Below are positions 1-8,353 of a DNA stretch of 64,000 nt, in pieces (position 1 is the first letter of the stretch; the number at the start of each line of letters is the position of its first letter). The position numbers and the translations under genes are program-made. The notes under the pieces were generated by a model. It saw only the letters and a program-made list of their open reading frames with translations, was not told the origin of the DNA and searched no databases. Location: assembly GCA_963816355.1 (NCBI GenBank), contig CAWFKH010000003.1:1056001-1120000 (forward strand), read 5' to 3'. The stretch is from an uncultured Gemmatimonadales bacterium (GTDB taxonomy: Bacteria; Gemmatimonadota; Gemmatimonadetes; Longimicrobiales; RSA9).

Positions 1-629
1 CGAGCCACTCCCTCACCATGCACCGCCCCCTGCGCGTGCGGCGGGCGCAGGCCGCCATCGACGTGGTGGACGGGACGCCCACGGATTGCGTCCTCCTCGC
101 GGTCGGCGAGCTGCTCGCCGAACGGCCGGACGTCGTGCTTTCGGGCGTGAACCACGGACCGAACCTGGGTGACGACGTCCTCTACTCCGGCACCGTCGCC
201 GCCGCGATGGAAGCGACGATCCTCGGCATTCCGGCGGTCGCGATCTCCTTCGCCGGTGCGGAGCCGGAGTTGATCGACCGGTGGGAGGGACACGTGGAGG
301 CGCTGCTTCGTCAGCTCGTCGCCGCCGACCGCTTCCCGGCCGACACGCTGGTCAACGTCAATCTGCCGCCGCTCTCGCCCGAGGAGGCGCGCGGCGTGCG
401 CGTGACCACGCTCGGGCGCCGCACCTACGACGACTCGCTGACGCGCGCGAGGGATCCGAGCGGCCGCGAGTATTTCTGGATCGGTGGGGGCGCGAGCCGC
501 TGGTGGGGGCCGGAGCGCTCGGACTTCCACGCGATCCGAGCCGGCTACGTCTCGGTCACGCCGCTCCACCTCGACCTGACGAACTACGATCTGATCCAGG
601 ACATCGAGGGATGGGAACTGAGCATCTGA
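1..629 (+). CDS. surE: 5'/3'-nucleotidase SurE (5' end outside window)
   Basis: Motifs SHSLT, GTPTDCV, SGVNHGPNLGDDVLYSGTVAAAMEA and VSVTPL; frame is open from the window edge; followed by pcm as in the conserved surE-pcm pair. Confidence 0.96.
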   Translation, partial: SHSLTMHRPLRVRRAQAAIDVVDGTPTDCVLLAVGELLAERPDVVLSGVNHGPNLGDDVLYSGTVAAAMEATILGIPAVAISFAGAEPELIDRWEGHVEALLRQLVAADRFPADTLVNVNLPPLSPEEARGVRVTTLGRRTYDDSLTRARDPSGREYFWIGGGASRWWGPERSDFHAIRAGYVSVTPLHLDLTNYDLIQDIEGWELSI

Positions 630-1273
630 GCGAGCGCCACTTCGAGGCGCAGCGGCGCCAGTTGATCGAGGCCGTGCGCGAGCGCGGAATCGACGACCTC
701 GAGATCCTGCGTGCGCTCGACCAGGTCCCACGCCACCTCTTCCTTCCGGAGGCGGTGCATCATCGCGCCTACGAGGACGCCCCGCTCCCGATCGGTTTCG
801 GACAGACGGCAACGCAGCCGTCGGTGCAGGCGCTCTACATGAAGCTGCTCGCAGTGGCACCCGAGGACCGTGTCCTCGAAATCGGCACGGGGAGCGGCTT
901 CCAGACCGCGTGGCTCGCCCGGCTCTCCTTACACGTCTACTCGATCGAGCGCGTTCGCCCGCTCTCGCTGCGGGCGCGAGCCGCGCTGGACGCGCTGCGC
1001 ATTGCCAACGTCGCACTGCTGGTCGGCGACGGCACCGTCGGCTGGTCCCGCTACGCGCCTTACGACGCGATCCTCGTCGCCGCCGGCGCTCCGGAGCCGC
1101 CGAAGGCGCTCCTCGACCAGCTCGCCGAGGGCGGGCGGCTGCTGATTCCGATCGGCGGCCGCGAGGAGCAGCGCCTGACGCTCTACCGTCGCAATGCGTC
1201 CGGAATCGCCAGCGAGGACGCAGGGCCGTGCACGTTCCTCCCCCTCGTCGGCCGCTTCGGCTGGATGGAGTAG
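611..1273 (+). CDS. pcm: Protein-L-isoaspartate O-methyltransferase
   Basis: VPRHLF, AYEDAPLPIGFGQT, VLEIGTGSGFQTA, APYDAILV; ATG at 611 overlaps the end of surE. Confidence 0.95.
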   Translation: MGTEHLSERHFEAQRRQLIEAVRERGIDDLEILRALDQVPRHLFLPEAVHHRAYEDAPLPIGFGQTATQPSVQALYMKLLAVAPEDRVLEIGTGSGFQTAWLARLSLHVYSIERVRPLSLRARAALDALRIANVALLVGDGTVGWSRYAPYDAILVAAGAPEPPKALLDQLAEGGRLLIPIGGREEQRLTLYRRNASGIASEDAGPCTFLPLVGRFGWME

Positions 1274-1398
1274 GCGCGCCGCCGTCGCCGAGCGTGTCGC
1301 AGAAGTGGGAAGGAAGCCTTCCGTCACGCGCCCCTTCGGCCTATCTTCAGCATTCCCGACCCTCTCTTCCCTCACCGGTTTTTGAGCAGAGGAGCAGC

Positions 1399-2100
1399 AT
1401 GCAAGCCGACGAGGCGACCGGAAGGAATCCGAGCCAGATGCCACCCGCGGCGTCGCGCGGCTCGGGGCCGAGCCGCGGCGGCGGCGCGGGTGGCGCGCGG
1501 CTGGCGCCGCCGTTCTTCGCCAGCGACGGCACCGGGACCGCGCCGCCCGCCGGCCGTCCCGAACCCACGCCCGCGCGCTCCGCCGCGCCCGCCCCCGCGG
1601 CGACCCCCGCATCGTGGGAAGGCGCCGAGACGCCGTGGGCGAATCCCGACGCCGACGCCCCTTCCGGAGCCGCCGGGAGCGGAGGCGAGGAGGCGTTCCC
1701 CTGGGAGGGCGAACCCGCCGACGGCGGCGAGCTGCTGCTCAGCGAGACCGTCGATGCCGGCGAGCTGCTGCTCACCGACGTCGCGGCGCCGACGCCATCG
1801 CCGGTCGACGAAGACGCCGGTGTCGCCGACGTCGAAGCGGAGGGCGGGTCGTTTCCACCCGAGGCGTTCTACGTGCCCGCGGACGCCGAGCGCGCCCCCG
1901 CGGGCGCCGTCCCCGGGTCCGCGCCGCCGATGGACGATGCCGAAGCGCTCGCGGAGCGGCTCGAGCAGATCGCGCGGCGGCTGCGCCACGAGGGGACCGG
2001 CCATCTCGCGGACCGCATCGGCAGCGGCGACCGCTTCGAGGCGATCCTCGCGGCCGCGATCACCGGCTATCTCGCCGGTCGCCGCGACAGTCGTGGCTGA
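1399..2100 (+). CDS. Hypothetical Pro/Ala/acidic low-complexity protein with a C-terminal helical region
   Basis: ATG 1399 preceded by AGAGGAG; fills the gap between pcm and apt; stop overlaps the apt start. Confidence 0.7.
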   Translation: MQADEATGRNPSQMPPAASRGSGPSRGGGAGGARLAPPFFASDGTGTAPPAGRPEPTPARSAAPAPAATPASWEGAETPWANPDADAPSGAAGSGGEEAFPWEGEPADGGELLLSETVDAGELLLTDVAAPTPSPVDEDAGVADVEAEGGSFPPEAFYVPADAERAPAGAVPGSAPPMDDAEALAERLEQIARRLRHEGTGHLADRIGSGDRFEAILAAAITGYLAGRRDSRG

Positions 2101-2626
2101 GCCGGTTCCGCTCACCGAGATCGCCGCGGCCATTCGCGACATCCCCGACTTTCCCGAGAAGGGGATCGTCTTCAAGGACATCACGCCCCTGCTCGCCGAC
2201 GCCCGGCTCTTCGACGCGGCCGTCGAGCACCTCGCCGCGCGCACGGCCCCGCTCCGCGCCGACACCGTCGTGGCGATCGAGGCGCGCGGCTTCATCCTCG
2301 GCGCGCCGCTCGCGCTGCGTCTCGGTTGCGGCTTCGTCCCCGTGAGAAAGCCGGGCAAGCTGCCGTTCCGGACTCTCCGCGAGGGCTACGCGTTGGAGTA
2401 CGGCAGCGGTGAGCTGGAGGCGCACGAGGATGCGTTCGTGCAGGGCCACCGCGTCCTCGTGGTCGACGACGTCCTGGCGACCGGCGGCACGGCGGCCGCG
2501 ACGGCCCGCCTCGTCGAGCGTCTCGGCGGCAGCGTCGAGGGTTACGCGTTCCTCCTCGAGATCGCCGCCCTCGAAGGCCGCGGCCGGATCGCCGGCCGAC
2601 CCACCGAGGTGCTGATCTCGAGCTAG
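2093..2626 (+). CDS. apt: Adenine phosphoribosyltransferase
   Basis: [50 protein letters not shown] (PRPP-binding motif); GTG start at 2093. Confidence 0.96.
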   Translation: MAEPVPLTEIAAAIRDIPDFPEKGIVFKDITPLLADARLFDAAVEHLAARTAPLRADTVVAIEARGFILGAPLALRLGCGFVPVRKPGKLPFRTLREGYALEYGSGELEAHEDAFVQGHRVLVVDDVLATGGTAAATARLVERLGGSVEGYAFLLEIAALEGRGRIAGRPTEVLISS

Positions 2627-2660
2627 AGCGCCCCCCGCCCCCCCGCGAGCCGGCGCCCCA

Positions 2661-2720
2661 CCGCTATCCCTCCAGCGGCCCGTGCCGCGCCGCCGCTATC
2701 CCTCCATCGGCCCGTGCCGC
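2661..2720. repeat. 28-bp direct repeat (1 mismatch, 32-bp period) at the dedA 3' end
   Basis: CCGCTATCCCTCCAGCGGCCCGTGCCGC at 2661-2688 and CCGCTATCCCTCCATCGGCCCGTGCCGC at 2693-2720. Confidence 0.9.
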
Positions 2721-3337
2721 TCCGCGCGCAGGATCCGCACGTGGCGCCACACCCACCACGCAGCGCCCATGAGGATCGCCGCGGCGATGACGGCGTCGAA
2801 GCGGTGGAAGTAGACCCCGATCGAGTCCCAGTGCTCGCCCAACTGAAGGCCGATGTAGGCGAGGCCGAAGCTCCAGATCAGCGATCCGACGAAGGTGTAG
2901 ACGACGAACGGTACAAGGCGCATCCGCGACACGCCGGCGGGGAAGGCGATGAAGGTGCGGATGACCGGCAGCAGGCGTCCGATGAATACGGAGAGGTCGC
3001 CGTGTCGCGCGAACCAGCGATCGGCCATCTCCAGGTCGTGGCGCGTGATCAGGATGTAGCGGCCGTAGCGCTCGATGAAGCGGCGCCCCCCGACCGCGCC
3101 CACATAGTACGCGACGAGCGAGCCGAGAACGCAGCCGACGGCGCCCGCGAGGGAGACGCCCCAGAGGCTCAGCACGTCCGCCGCGACCAGCGAGCCGGCG
3201 AACGGCATGATCACCTCCGACGGCAGCGGAATGCACGCGCTCTCCACGCCCATCAGGATGATCACGCCGCCGTAGCCGAGACGCGCGATGATCCCCATGA
3301 TGAGCGACCCTACGGCGCTCATGATCCCCGCCAGCAC
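2696..3337 (-). CDS. DedA family membrane protein
   Basis: ESACIPLPSEVIMPFAG, GRLLPVIRTFIAFPAG; GTG start at 3337 after a G-rich SD-like sequence. Confidence 0.92.
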   Translation of the reverse strand: MLAGIMSAVGSLIMGIIARLGYGGVIILMGVESACIPLPSEVIMPFAGSLVAADVLSLWGVSLAGAVGCVLGSLVAYYVGAVGGRRFIERYGRYILITRHDLEMADRWFARHGDLSVFIGRLLPVIRTFIAFPAGVSRMRLVPFVVYTFVGSLIWSFGLAYIGLQLGEHWDSIGVYFHRFDAVIAAAILMGAAWWVWRHVRILRAERHGPMEG

Positions 3338-3452
3338 GCTCTCCCCCCGCGGTTGCGACCGTGGCCCACCGGGCCGGAACGCGACAACATACGGCGAGGT
3401 GCGCGCTGGCGCAGCCGCGGCCATCGGGTGTTCGGGCGGATCGATCCGGGCG

Positions 3453-5918
3453 TCAGCGGGCAATCAGCGTGTCCGAGACGAGAATCGTGGAGATCGACGC
3501 GAAGCGGCGACTGTGTTCGACGACGTTAGCCCGCAGCGGGAAGTTCGCGATGTAGGTGCGAAGAAGGTCGATCGCCGATTCCGCGTCACCGAGCGCGAGG
3601 CGCGCTTCCGCCTCCAGCACGAGCGACTCGTCGCCCGGATACGCCCGGCGGGAGCGGCGGATCACGGCGCGCGCGCTGTCGCGAAGGCCTGCGCGCGCGG
3701 CGACCGATGCGACCAGAAGTGACAACTGCGCGCGATGCCATCCCGGGCCGGGATCGGAGAGACCGGCGAGCACGTTCCAGGCAGCATCGACGTCGCCGGG
3801 TGCGGGGCCGCCGTCGGCGCGCGCCAGGCTCTCGAGACTGCACGTCACCGTCGGTACGGCGTGCGGATACTCGATCCGCATACGCGAGCAGTAGTCGGCC
3901 GCGGCCGAGTCGTCCCGCGTTTCGAACGCGTCGCGGTAGAGCTGTGCCAGCAGCTCGAGCCTGTGGTCCTGGAACGCGTCCGCGTCGTAGGCGTGGCGAG
4001 CGGCGAGGTACGCCGCCGCGAAGTCGCCCCGCACGTTCAGAATGCGGGCAAGCGCCCACCACGCAGAGGCTCGATCCGCGTCGCGCCGAAGAAGATGGCG
4101 GACGTCGTTCTCCGCGGCCGACAGGGCGCCTCTCGCCTCGGAAACCGGCGTCGAGGGTAGAATTCCAAGCCAGAAGTTCGCCTTCGACCGCTCTTCCAGG
4201 ACGTCCGGATCCGTGGGATCGAGACGCAGCGCCTGACTCGTGATGTCGTTCGCCTCCAACATCGCCGCCCGCACCGCGGCGAAATCCGGCGTTCCCGACG
4301 CGAGCACGAGCTCGCCCGCCGCGCGTTTCGCTCGGGCCCGGCCCAGCAGCGGAAAGACCGCCCGCGGATCCGCAGCCGCCGACAGCGAGAACAGGGAATC
4401 GGCGAGCCGCGTGGCACGAGCGGCCAGCGGGGCCGACCCCGACGCGTGGAAACGGTACGCGCGATCCACGTCCCGGGTGCCCTCCTCGAAGAGCTGCCAT
4501 GAGCGATCGCTGCTCGCCCGCTCCCGCCAGCGACGGAGTCGGACGTCGCGGCCGATCGCCACGCGCACATCGTGGCTCAGACCCGGCGCCGCCTCCGCGA
4601 GTTGGCGAAGATCCGGCTCCGGTACCTGCATCGTTCGCGTGGCCACGATCTCCCCGGACCCCGCATGCGTGAGCCGCAGCGACACCGTCCAGCCCCGCGA
4701 CGCCTCCATCACGTCCACCACCAGCCGATACGCGTCGGCGCCCGACGCCGTCGCTCCGGCCTCCGCTTCGCCCGGCTTCACCAGCAGCCCCGACGACTCG
4801 GAAAGCGCGTCCAGCACTGCCGTCCGCAGCACCGAACCCGCCTCCTGTGGCCCCCGCAGGACGTTGAAGCGAGGAACGTCCAGTACGACGCTCGACCCCG
4901 ACGCCACCGTCTGCGCGGGCGCCGATCGCGTCTGCCTCGACACCCACGTGACCCCGATCGCCACCACCACCACCACCGCCGCAGCCCACGCCGCCACCCG
5001 CCACCCCCGGCGCCGCCGCGGCGGCGCCGCAGGCGCGGACGCCGGCACGGACGCCGCGGCCGCAGCCGGCGCGGCTGACGCCGATGGCTCCCGCTCCGCC
5101 ACCGTCTCCGCCGCGGAAGCCGTCGTCGGCGCCGGGGCCGCCCGCCTGGACGGCGCCGGCTCCGTCCGTCCCCGCAGCCGCGCCGCCAGCGCCCGCGTGC
5201 CCGGCGCCGGTGCGAGATCCATCTCCACCGCCAGCCGATTCGCGAACGCTTCGTACGCCGAGATCGCCGCCGCCCGGTCCCCCACCTCGGCGATCAGCGT
5301 CATCGCGCGACGGACCGCCTCTTCCATGTCGAACGACAACTCCGCGCCCCGCCGCGCCCACCGGATCACGTCTCCCTGCGCCGCCAACCCACCCGCTCCC
5401 GCCTCCGCCAGACTCAGCGCCGCCGCCGACGCCGCACGGCGGAGCCGCAGCCGCTCCTGGTCGATCCACAGCATCAGGTCCAATGCACCCTCCACGAACA
5501 GACCCGGCAGGAAGTCGCCACCGTACAACTCCAGCGCCGCTACCCGGTCGCCGCGCTCCAGCGCCGCCTCGAACTCGACCGCGTCGCAGACCACGCGTTC
5601 GGCCTCCAGCCCCAGATCGCTCCGGCGGCTCGCGAACACGTCCTTTCCCAGCACCGCCCGGATCGCGTACACCGTCTGGTTCAACGCCGCCCGCGCGTGC
5701 TCCCCATCCGCCTCCGCCCAAAACAGCGACAGCACCGAGTCCCGACTCCGCGTCCGGCCCTCCCCCGCGAGCGCCAGATAGGCGAGCAGCGCCAATCGTT
5801 TGTGGTGTCGAACGACGCTCGCAACGCTCTCTCCGGACGCGTCTCGCACGTCCAGAAGACCGAGTGTAACGATTCGTGCCACCCGCTCCAGCGGACCAAC
5901 CTGAATTTTCTCGGTCAC
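3453..5918 (-). CDS. Membrane-anchored SARP-family regulator: winged-helix + BTAD, one TM helix, TolB-N/FlgO-like domain and TPR-like repeats
   Basis: N-terminal KRLALLAYLAL..RSRDSVLSLFW..ARAALNQTVYAIR (SARP wHTH); LELYGGDFLPG..WIDQERLRL..GDRAAAISAYEAF (BTAD); TM WRVAAWAAAVVVVVAIGVTWV after RRRRG; helical repeats such as QALRLDPTDPDV. Confidence 0.85.
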   Translation of the reverse strand: MTEKIQVGPLERVARIVTLGLLDVRDASGESVASVVRHHKRLALLAYLALAGEGRTRSRDSVLSLFWAEADGEHARAALNQTVYAIRAVLGKDVFASRRSDLGLEAERVVCDAVEFEAALERGDRVAALELYGGDFLPGLFVEGALDLMLWIDQERLRLRRAASAAALSLAEAGAGGLAAQGDVIRWARRGAELSFDMEEAVRRAMTLIAEVGDRAAAISAYEAFANRLAVEMDLAPAPGTRALAARLRGRTEPAPSRRAAPAPTTASAAETVAEREPSASAAPAAAAASVPASAPAAPPRRRRGWRVAAWAAAVVVVVAIGVTWVSRQTRSAPAQTVASGSSVVLDVPRFNVLRGPQEAGSVLRTAVLDALSESSGLLVKPGEAEAGATASGADAYRLVVDVMEASRGWTVSLRLTHAGSGEIVATRTMQVPEPDLRQLAEAAPGLSHDVRVAIGRDVRLRRWRERASSDRSWQLFEEGTRDVDRAYRFHASGSAPLAARATRLADSLFSLSAAADPRAVFPLLGRARAKRAAGELVLASGTPDFAAVRAAMLEANDITSQALRLDPTDPDVLEERSKANFWLGILPSTPVSEARGALSAAENDVRHLLRRDADRASAWWALARILNVRGDFAAAYLAARHAYDADAFQDHRLELLAQLYRDAFETRDDSAAADYCSRMRIEYPHAVPTVTCSLESLARADGGPAPGDVDAAWNVLAGLSDPGPGWHRAQLSLLVASVAARAGLRDSARAVIRRSRRAYPGDESLVLEAEARLALGDAESAIDLLRTYIANFPLRANVVEHSRRFASISTILVSDTLIAR

Positions 5919-5956
5919 CTAACTCGTTGTCACGCAGAAGGTTACAGAGGCAATAA

Positions 5957-6003
5957 GCGTCAGATGATTTTTAGATGATTTTTCGTTCCGATATTTCTGA
6001 CGC
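5957..6003. promoter_or_regulatory. Candidate operator: tandem 11-bp direct repeat inside an 8-bp inverted repeat
   Basis: AGATGATTTTT at 5962-5972 and 5973-5983; GCGTCAGA (5957-5964) and TCTGACGC (5996-6003); AT-rich spacer between divergent genes. Confidence 0.6.
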
Positions 6004-6051
6004 GTGCGCCGGGTGGCGCTCTCGATCTTCTCCTCGATCCGTGGAGCCACG

Positions 6052-6270
6052 ATGAGACACAGGTTGCCCGGCGGCGGGGTCGGCGGGACGGCGCTGCTCG
6101 CCGTCACCCTCGCGGCGTGCAGCCCCGATCTGACAGCGCCCGGTCCCGAGCCGTCAGCGCTACCGAGCGCAGATTCGGAGGAGTGCTTCCTCGTAAACGG
6201 CATCCTGTACTGCCTCGGACCAGGCGGTTCCCGATCGACTACGGCGTCGGCGGACACGACGTCGCTGTAG
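6052..6270 (+). CDS. Small 72-aa lipoprotein with a C-x8-C motif
   Basis: GGAG SD then ATG 6052; hydrophobic stretch with lipobox LAAC; mature part contains EECFLVNGILYC. Confidence 0.7.
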   Translation: MRHRLPGGGVGGTALLAVTLAACSPDLTAPGPEPSALPSADSEECFLVNGILYCLGPGGSRSTTASADTTSL

Positions 6271-6397
6271 CCCCACCCGGATGCCGCGCGGAGGCAACCG
6301 CCTGCGTGTGAGCATCTGAAACCCTACTCCGACGCCGCGATACGGACAAGGGGCGCTGCAAGCGAAACCCGGCCCGCCGCGGATCCTGCCGCCGATA

Positions 6398-6427
6398 CGG
6401 GCCGCGCCGATTTCTCGGCGCGGCCCG
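6398..6427. other. Perfect 13-bp GC-rich stem-loop
   Basis: CGGGCCGCGCCGA-TTTC-TCGGCGCGGCCCG; the loop reads GAAA on the minus strand; no U-tract follows. Confidence 0.6.
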
Positions 6428-6463
6428 CCCACTCCTGCAGGGCGACGACAATTCGGATCCACG

Positions 6464-6492
6464 TTGGGAAACCTGATGGGATCGCATAGATT
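6464..6492 (+). promoter_or_regulatory. Possible sigma70 promoter for tRNA-Arg
   Basis: TTGGGA-17 nt-TAGATT followed by a GC-rich discriminator-like stretch, about 45 nt before the tRNA. Confidence 0.4.
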
Positions 6493-6538
6493 CCGGGCGC
6501 GGCGCGCGCCGCTGGCGAGAGCGGGCTGCGCGCGCAGA

Positions 6539-6612
6539 GCCCTCGTAGCTCAGGTGGATAGAGCGACGGATTCCTAATCCGTAGGCCGCGCGTTCGAGTC
6601 GCGCCGAGGGCA
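6539..6612 (+). tRNA. tRNA-Arg (anticodon CCT)
   Basis: Acceptor stem GCCCTCG/CGAGGGC+A; D-arm GCTC-AGGTGGATA-GAGC; anticodon arm ACGGA-TTCCTAA-TCCGT; T-arm GCGCG-TTCGAGT-CGCGC; CCA is not encoded directly after the discriminator. Confidence 0.96.
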
Positions 6613-6651
6613 TTCCATGGTTTCGCGCTGAACATACGGCGTCTCGGGTGT

Positions 6652-7602
6652 ATGAGTGCGAGGCCCGCCGGCCGGGGCGGCCGGGGCGATCCTGGAGAGA
6701 CGCGAGGCGACGAGTTGGTCCGAAGGCGACACGGACGTGCTTGGATCGAGCGGATCCTGCCGGTCTTGCTGCTGGCGGCCGGCGGCGGCAGCGCAAGCGC
6801 GCAGGTCCAGCTTCCGCAGCCGGTCGGGTACGTGAACGACTTCGCGGACGTGATCCCGGCGGAGCGGGAAGCGCAGATCGAACGGATCATCGAGGAAGTG
6901 CGGGCGAAGTCGGGCGGCGAGATCGTCGTGGTGACGCTGCACGATCTGGGGGGCCGCACGGTGGACGAGGTGGCGCTGCAGATCGGGCGGCAGTGGAAGA
7001 TCGGACGAGCGGGGAAGCCGGGCGACAAGGGGCGCAACACGGGGACGGTGTTCCTCGTGGTGCCGAAGGAGGGATCTCCGGACGGTCGCGGACACGTCAA
7101 GATCGAGACCGGGATCGGGACGACGCAATTCGTCACGGCGGCCCAGGCGGGCCGCATCGAGGACCGCTTCGTCCTGCCGTACTTCCGCCGCCAGGAGTAC
7201 GGCACGGGCATCCTGCAGGGGGTCGCGGCGCTGGCGCAGCGCTATGCGCAGTTCTTCGATTTCCAGCTCACGGGTGAGGTGCCGCAGCCGACGGCGCCGT
7301 CGGGCTCGCCCGGCGGCGGCTCCGGGCTGGGGCGGCTGCTGCTGGTGATCTTCGTCGTGATCGTCGTGGCCGCTGTGATCGGCGGCGGGCGGGGCGGACG
7401 GGGCGGCGGAGGCGGCGGCGGGGGAGGGCGGCGCTACCGCGGCCCGATCATCATCCCGTTCCCGATGGGAGGGAGCCACCGCGGGGGGTGGGGCGGCTTC
7501 GGTGGCGGCGGCTTCGGTGGCGGCGGCTTCGGCGGCGGCGGCTTCGGCGGATTCGGTGGTGGCGGCGGCTTCGGCGGCGGCGGCGCCGGGCGCAGTTGGT
7601 GA
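6652..7602 (+). CDS. TPM domain (DUF477/YgcG-like) membrane protein with Gly-rich tail
   Basis: Signal-like segment, VGYVNDFADVI, GEIVVVT, WKIG, VKIETGIG, one TM helix, GGFGGGGFGGGGAGRSW tail; true start may lie slightly downstream. Confidence 0.92.
   Translation: MSARPAGRGGRGDPGETRGDELVRRRHGRAWIERILPVLLLAAGGGSASAQVQLPQPVGYVNDFADVIPAEREAQIERIIEEVRAKSGGEIVVVTLHDLGGRTVDEVALQIGRQWKIGRAGKPGDKGRNTGTVFLVVPKEGSPDGRGHVKIETGIGTTQFVTAAQAGRIEDRFVLPYFRRQEYGTGILQGVAALAQRYAQFFDFQLTGEVPQPTAPSGSPGGGSGLGRLLLVIFVVIVVAAVIGGGRGGRGGGGGGGGGRRYRGPIIIPFPMGGSHRGGWGGFGGGGFGGGGFGGGGFGGFGGGGGFGGGGAGRSW
7492..7587 (+). repeat. Coding GGGGF repeats (15-nt unit)
   Basis: GGYGGCGGCGGCTTC units at 7501, 7516 and 7531 plus degenerate flanking copies. 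Confidence 0.8.
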
Positions 7603-7618
7603 GCAGCGGAGGGGAGTG

Positions 7619-8353
7619 ATGAGGGATCCGAAGGCGACGGCGGCGGACCTGACGAATGCGCTGCGGGGCGCGTGCGGCGAGGCGCTGAACTCGGTCCTGC
7701 TCTACGGCTCGGTGCCTCGGGGCGAGGCGATCGCCGAGGTGAGCGACATCAACGTCCTCGTGCTCCTGGAGGACACGGCGCCGGGGAGCCTGCGCACGAT
7801 CGCTCCGCTGGCCCGGCGGTGGGCGCGCGCGGGGAACACGGCGCCGCTGCTGCTCACGCCGGCGGAATGGCGGAGCGCGGCCAATGTCTTCGCGGTGGAG
7901 CTGGCGGACATGATCGACGCCCACGAGGTGCTGCACGGCGAGAATCCGCTGCACGGTCTGGAGCCGGGTCGCGATGCGCTGCGCTTCCAGTCGGAGCGGG
8001 AGCTGCGCGGCAAGCTGCTGCAGCTCCGCAGCGGAGCGACGCTCCTCTCGGACGAGCCGGCCGAGCTCGGGCGGCTCCTGCTCACCGCGCTGCCCTCGTT
8101 CACGACCTACCTGCGCGCCGCGCTGCGCCTGGCGGACGGCGGCAAGGCGCCCGCGACGACGCCGGAGGTGATCGAGGCGGGCTGCCGGCTCGTCGGCGCC
8201 TCGCCGGACGCGTTCGGCCGCTGCTGGGAAGCGCGGAAGGGGAACCGGTCCCTGCTCGCGAAGCTGGAAGGCGACCTCGCCTCGCAGTATTACGAGACGG
8301 CCGAGCGGATGGCGGTCTGGGTCGATGCCTTCAACGACGACGGAGGATCATGA
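7619..8353 (+). CDS. Nucleotidyltransferase-fold (Pol-beta superfamily) protein
   Basis: SVLLYGSVPRGE..SDINVLVLL, then VLHGENPL and a helical C-terminal half; GGAGGGGAG SD. Confidence 0.8.
   Translation: MRDPKATAADLTNALRGACGEALNSVLLYGSVPRGEAIAEVSDINVLVLLEDTAPGSLRTIAPLARRWARAGNTAPLLLTPAEWRSAANVFAVELADMIDAHEVLHGENPLHGLEPGRDALRFQSERELRGKLLQLRSGATLLSDEPAELGRLLLTALPSFTTYLRAALRLADGGKAPATTPEVIEAGCRLVGASPDAFGRCWEARKGNRSLLAKLEGDLASQYYETAERMAVWVDAFNDDGGS

Noticed and set aside
6052..6270. RiPP precursor modified by the window's radical SAM enzymes
   Set aside because: The two radical SAM genes are 46 kb away and match MqnE/MqnC; no peptidase, RRE or transporter is adjacent.
3453..6612. tRNA-integrated genomic island carrying the SARP module
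   Set aside because: No integrase, no duplicated tRNA end seen, and the module lies on the 5' side of the tRNA.
7492..7587. Possible CRISPR or VNTR-like array
   Set aside because: In-frame Gly/Phe codon repeats of the usual TPM tail, with no spacers. No CRISPR array was found anywhere in the window.
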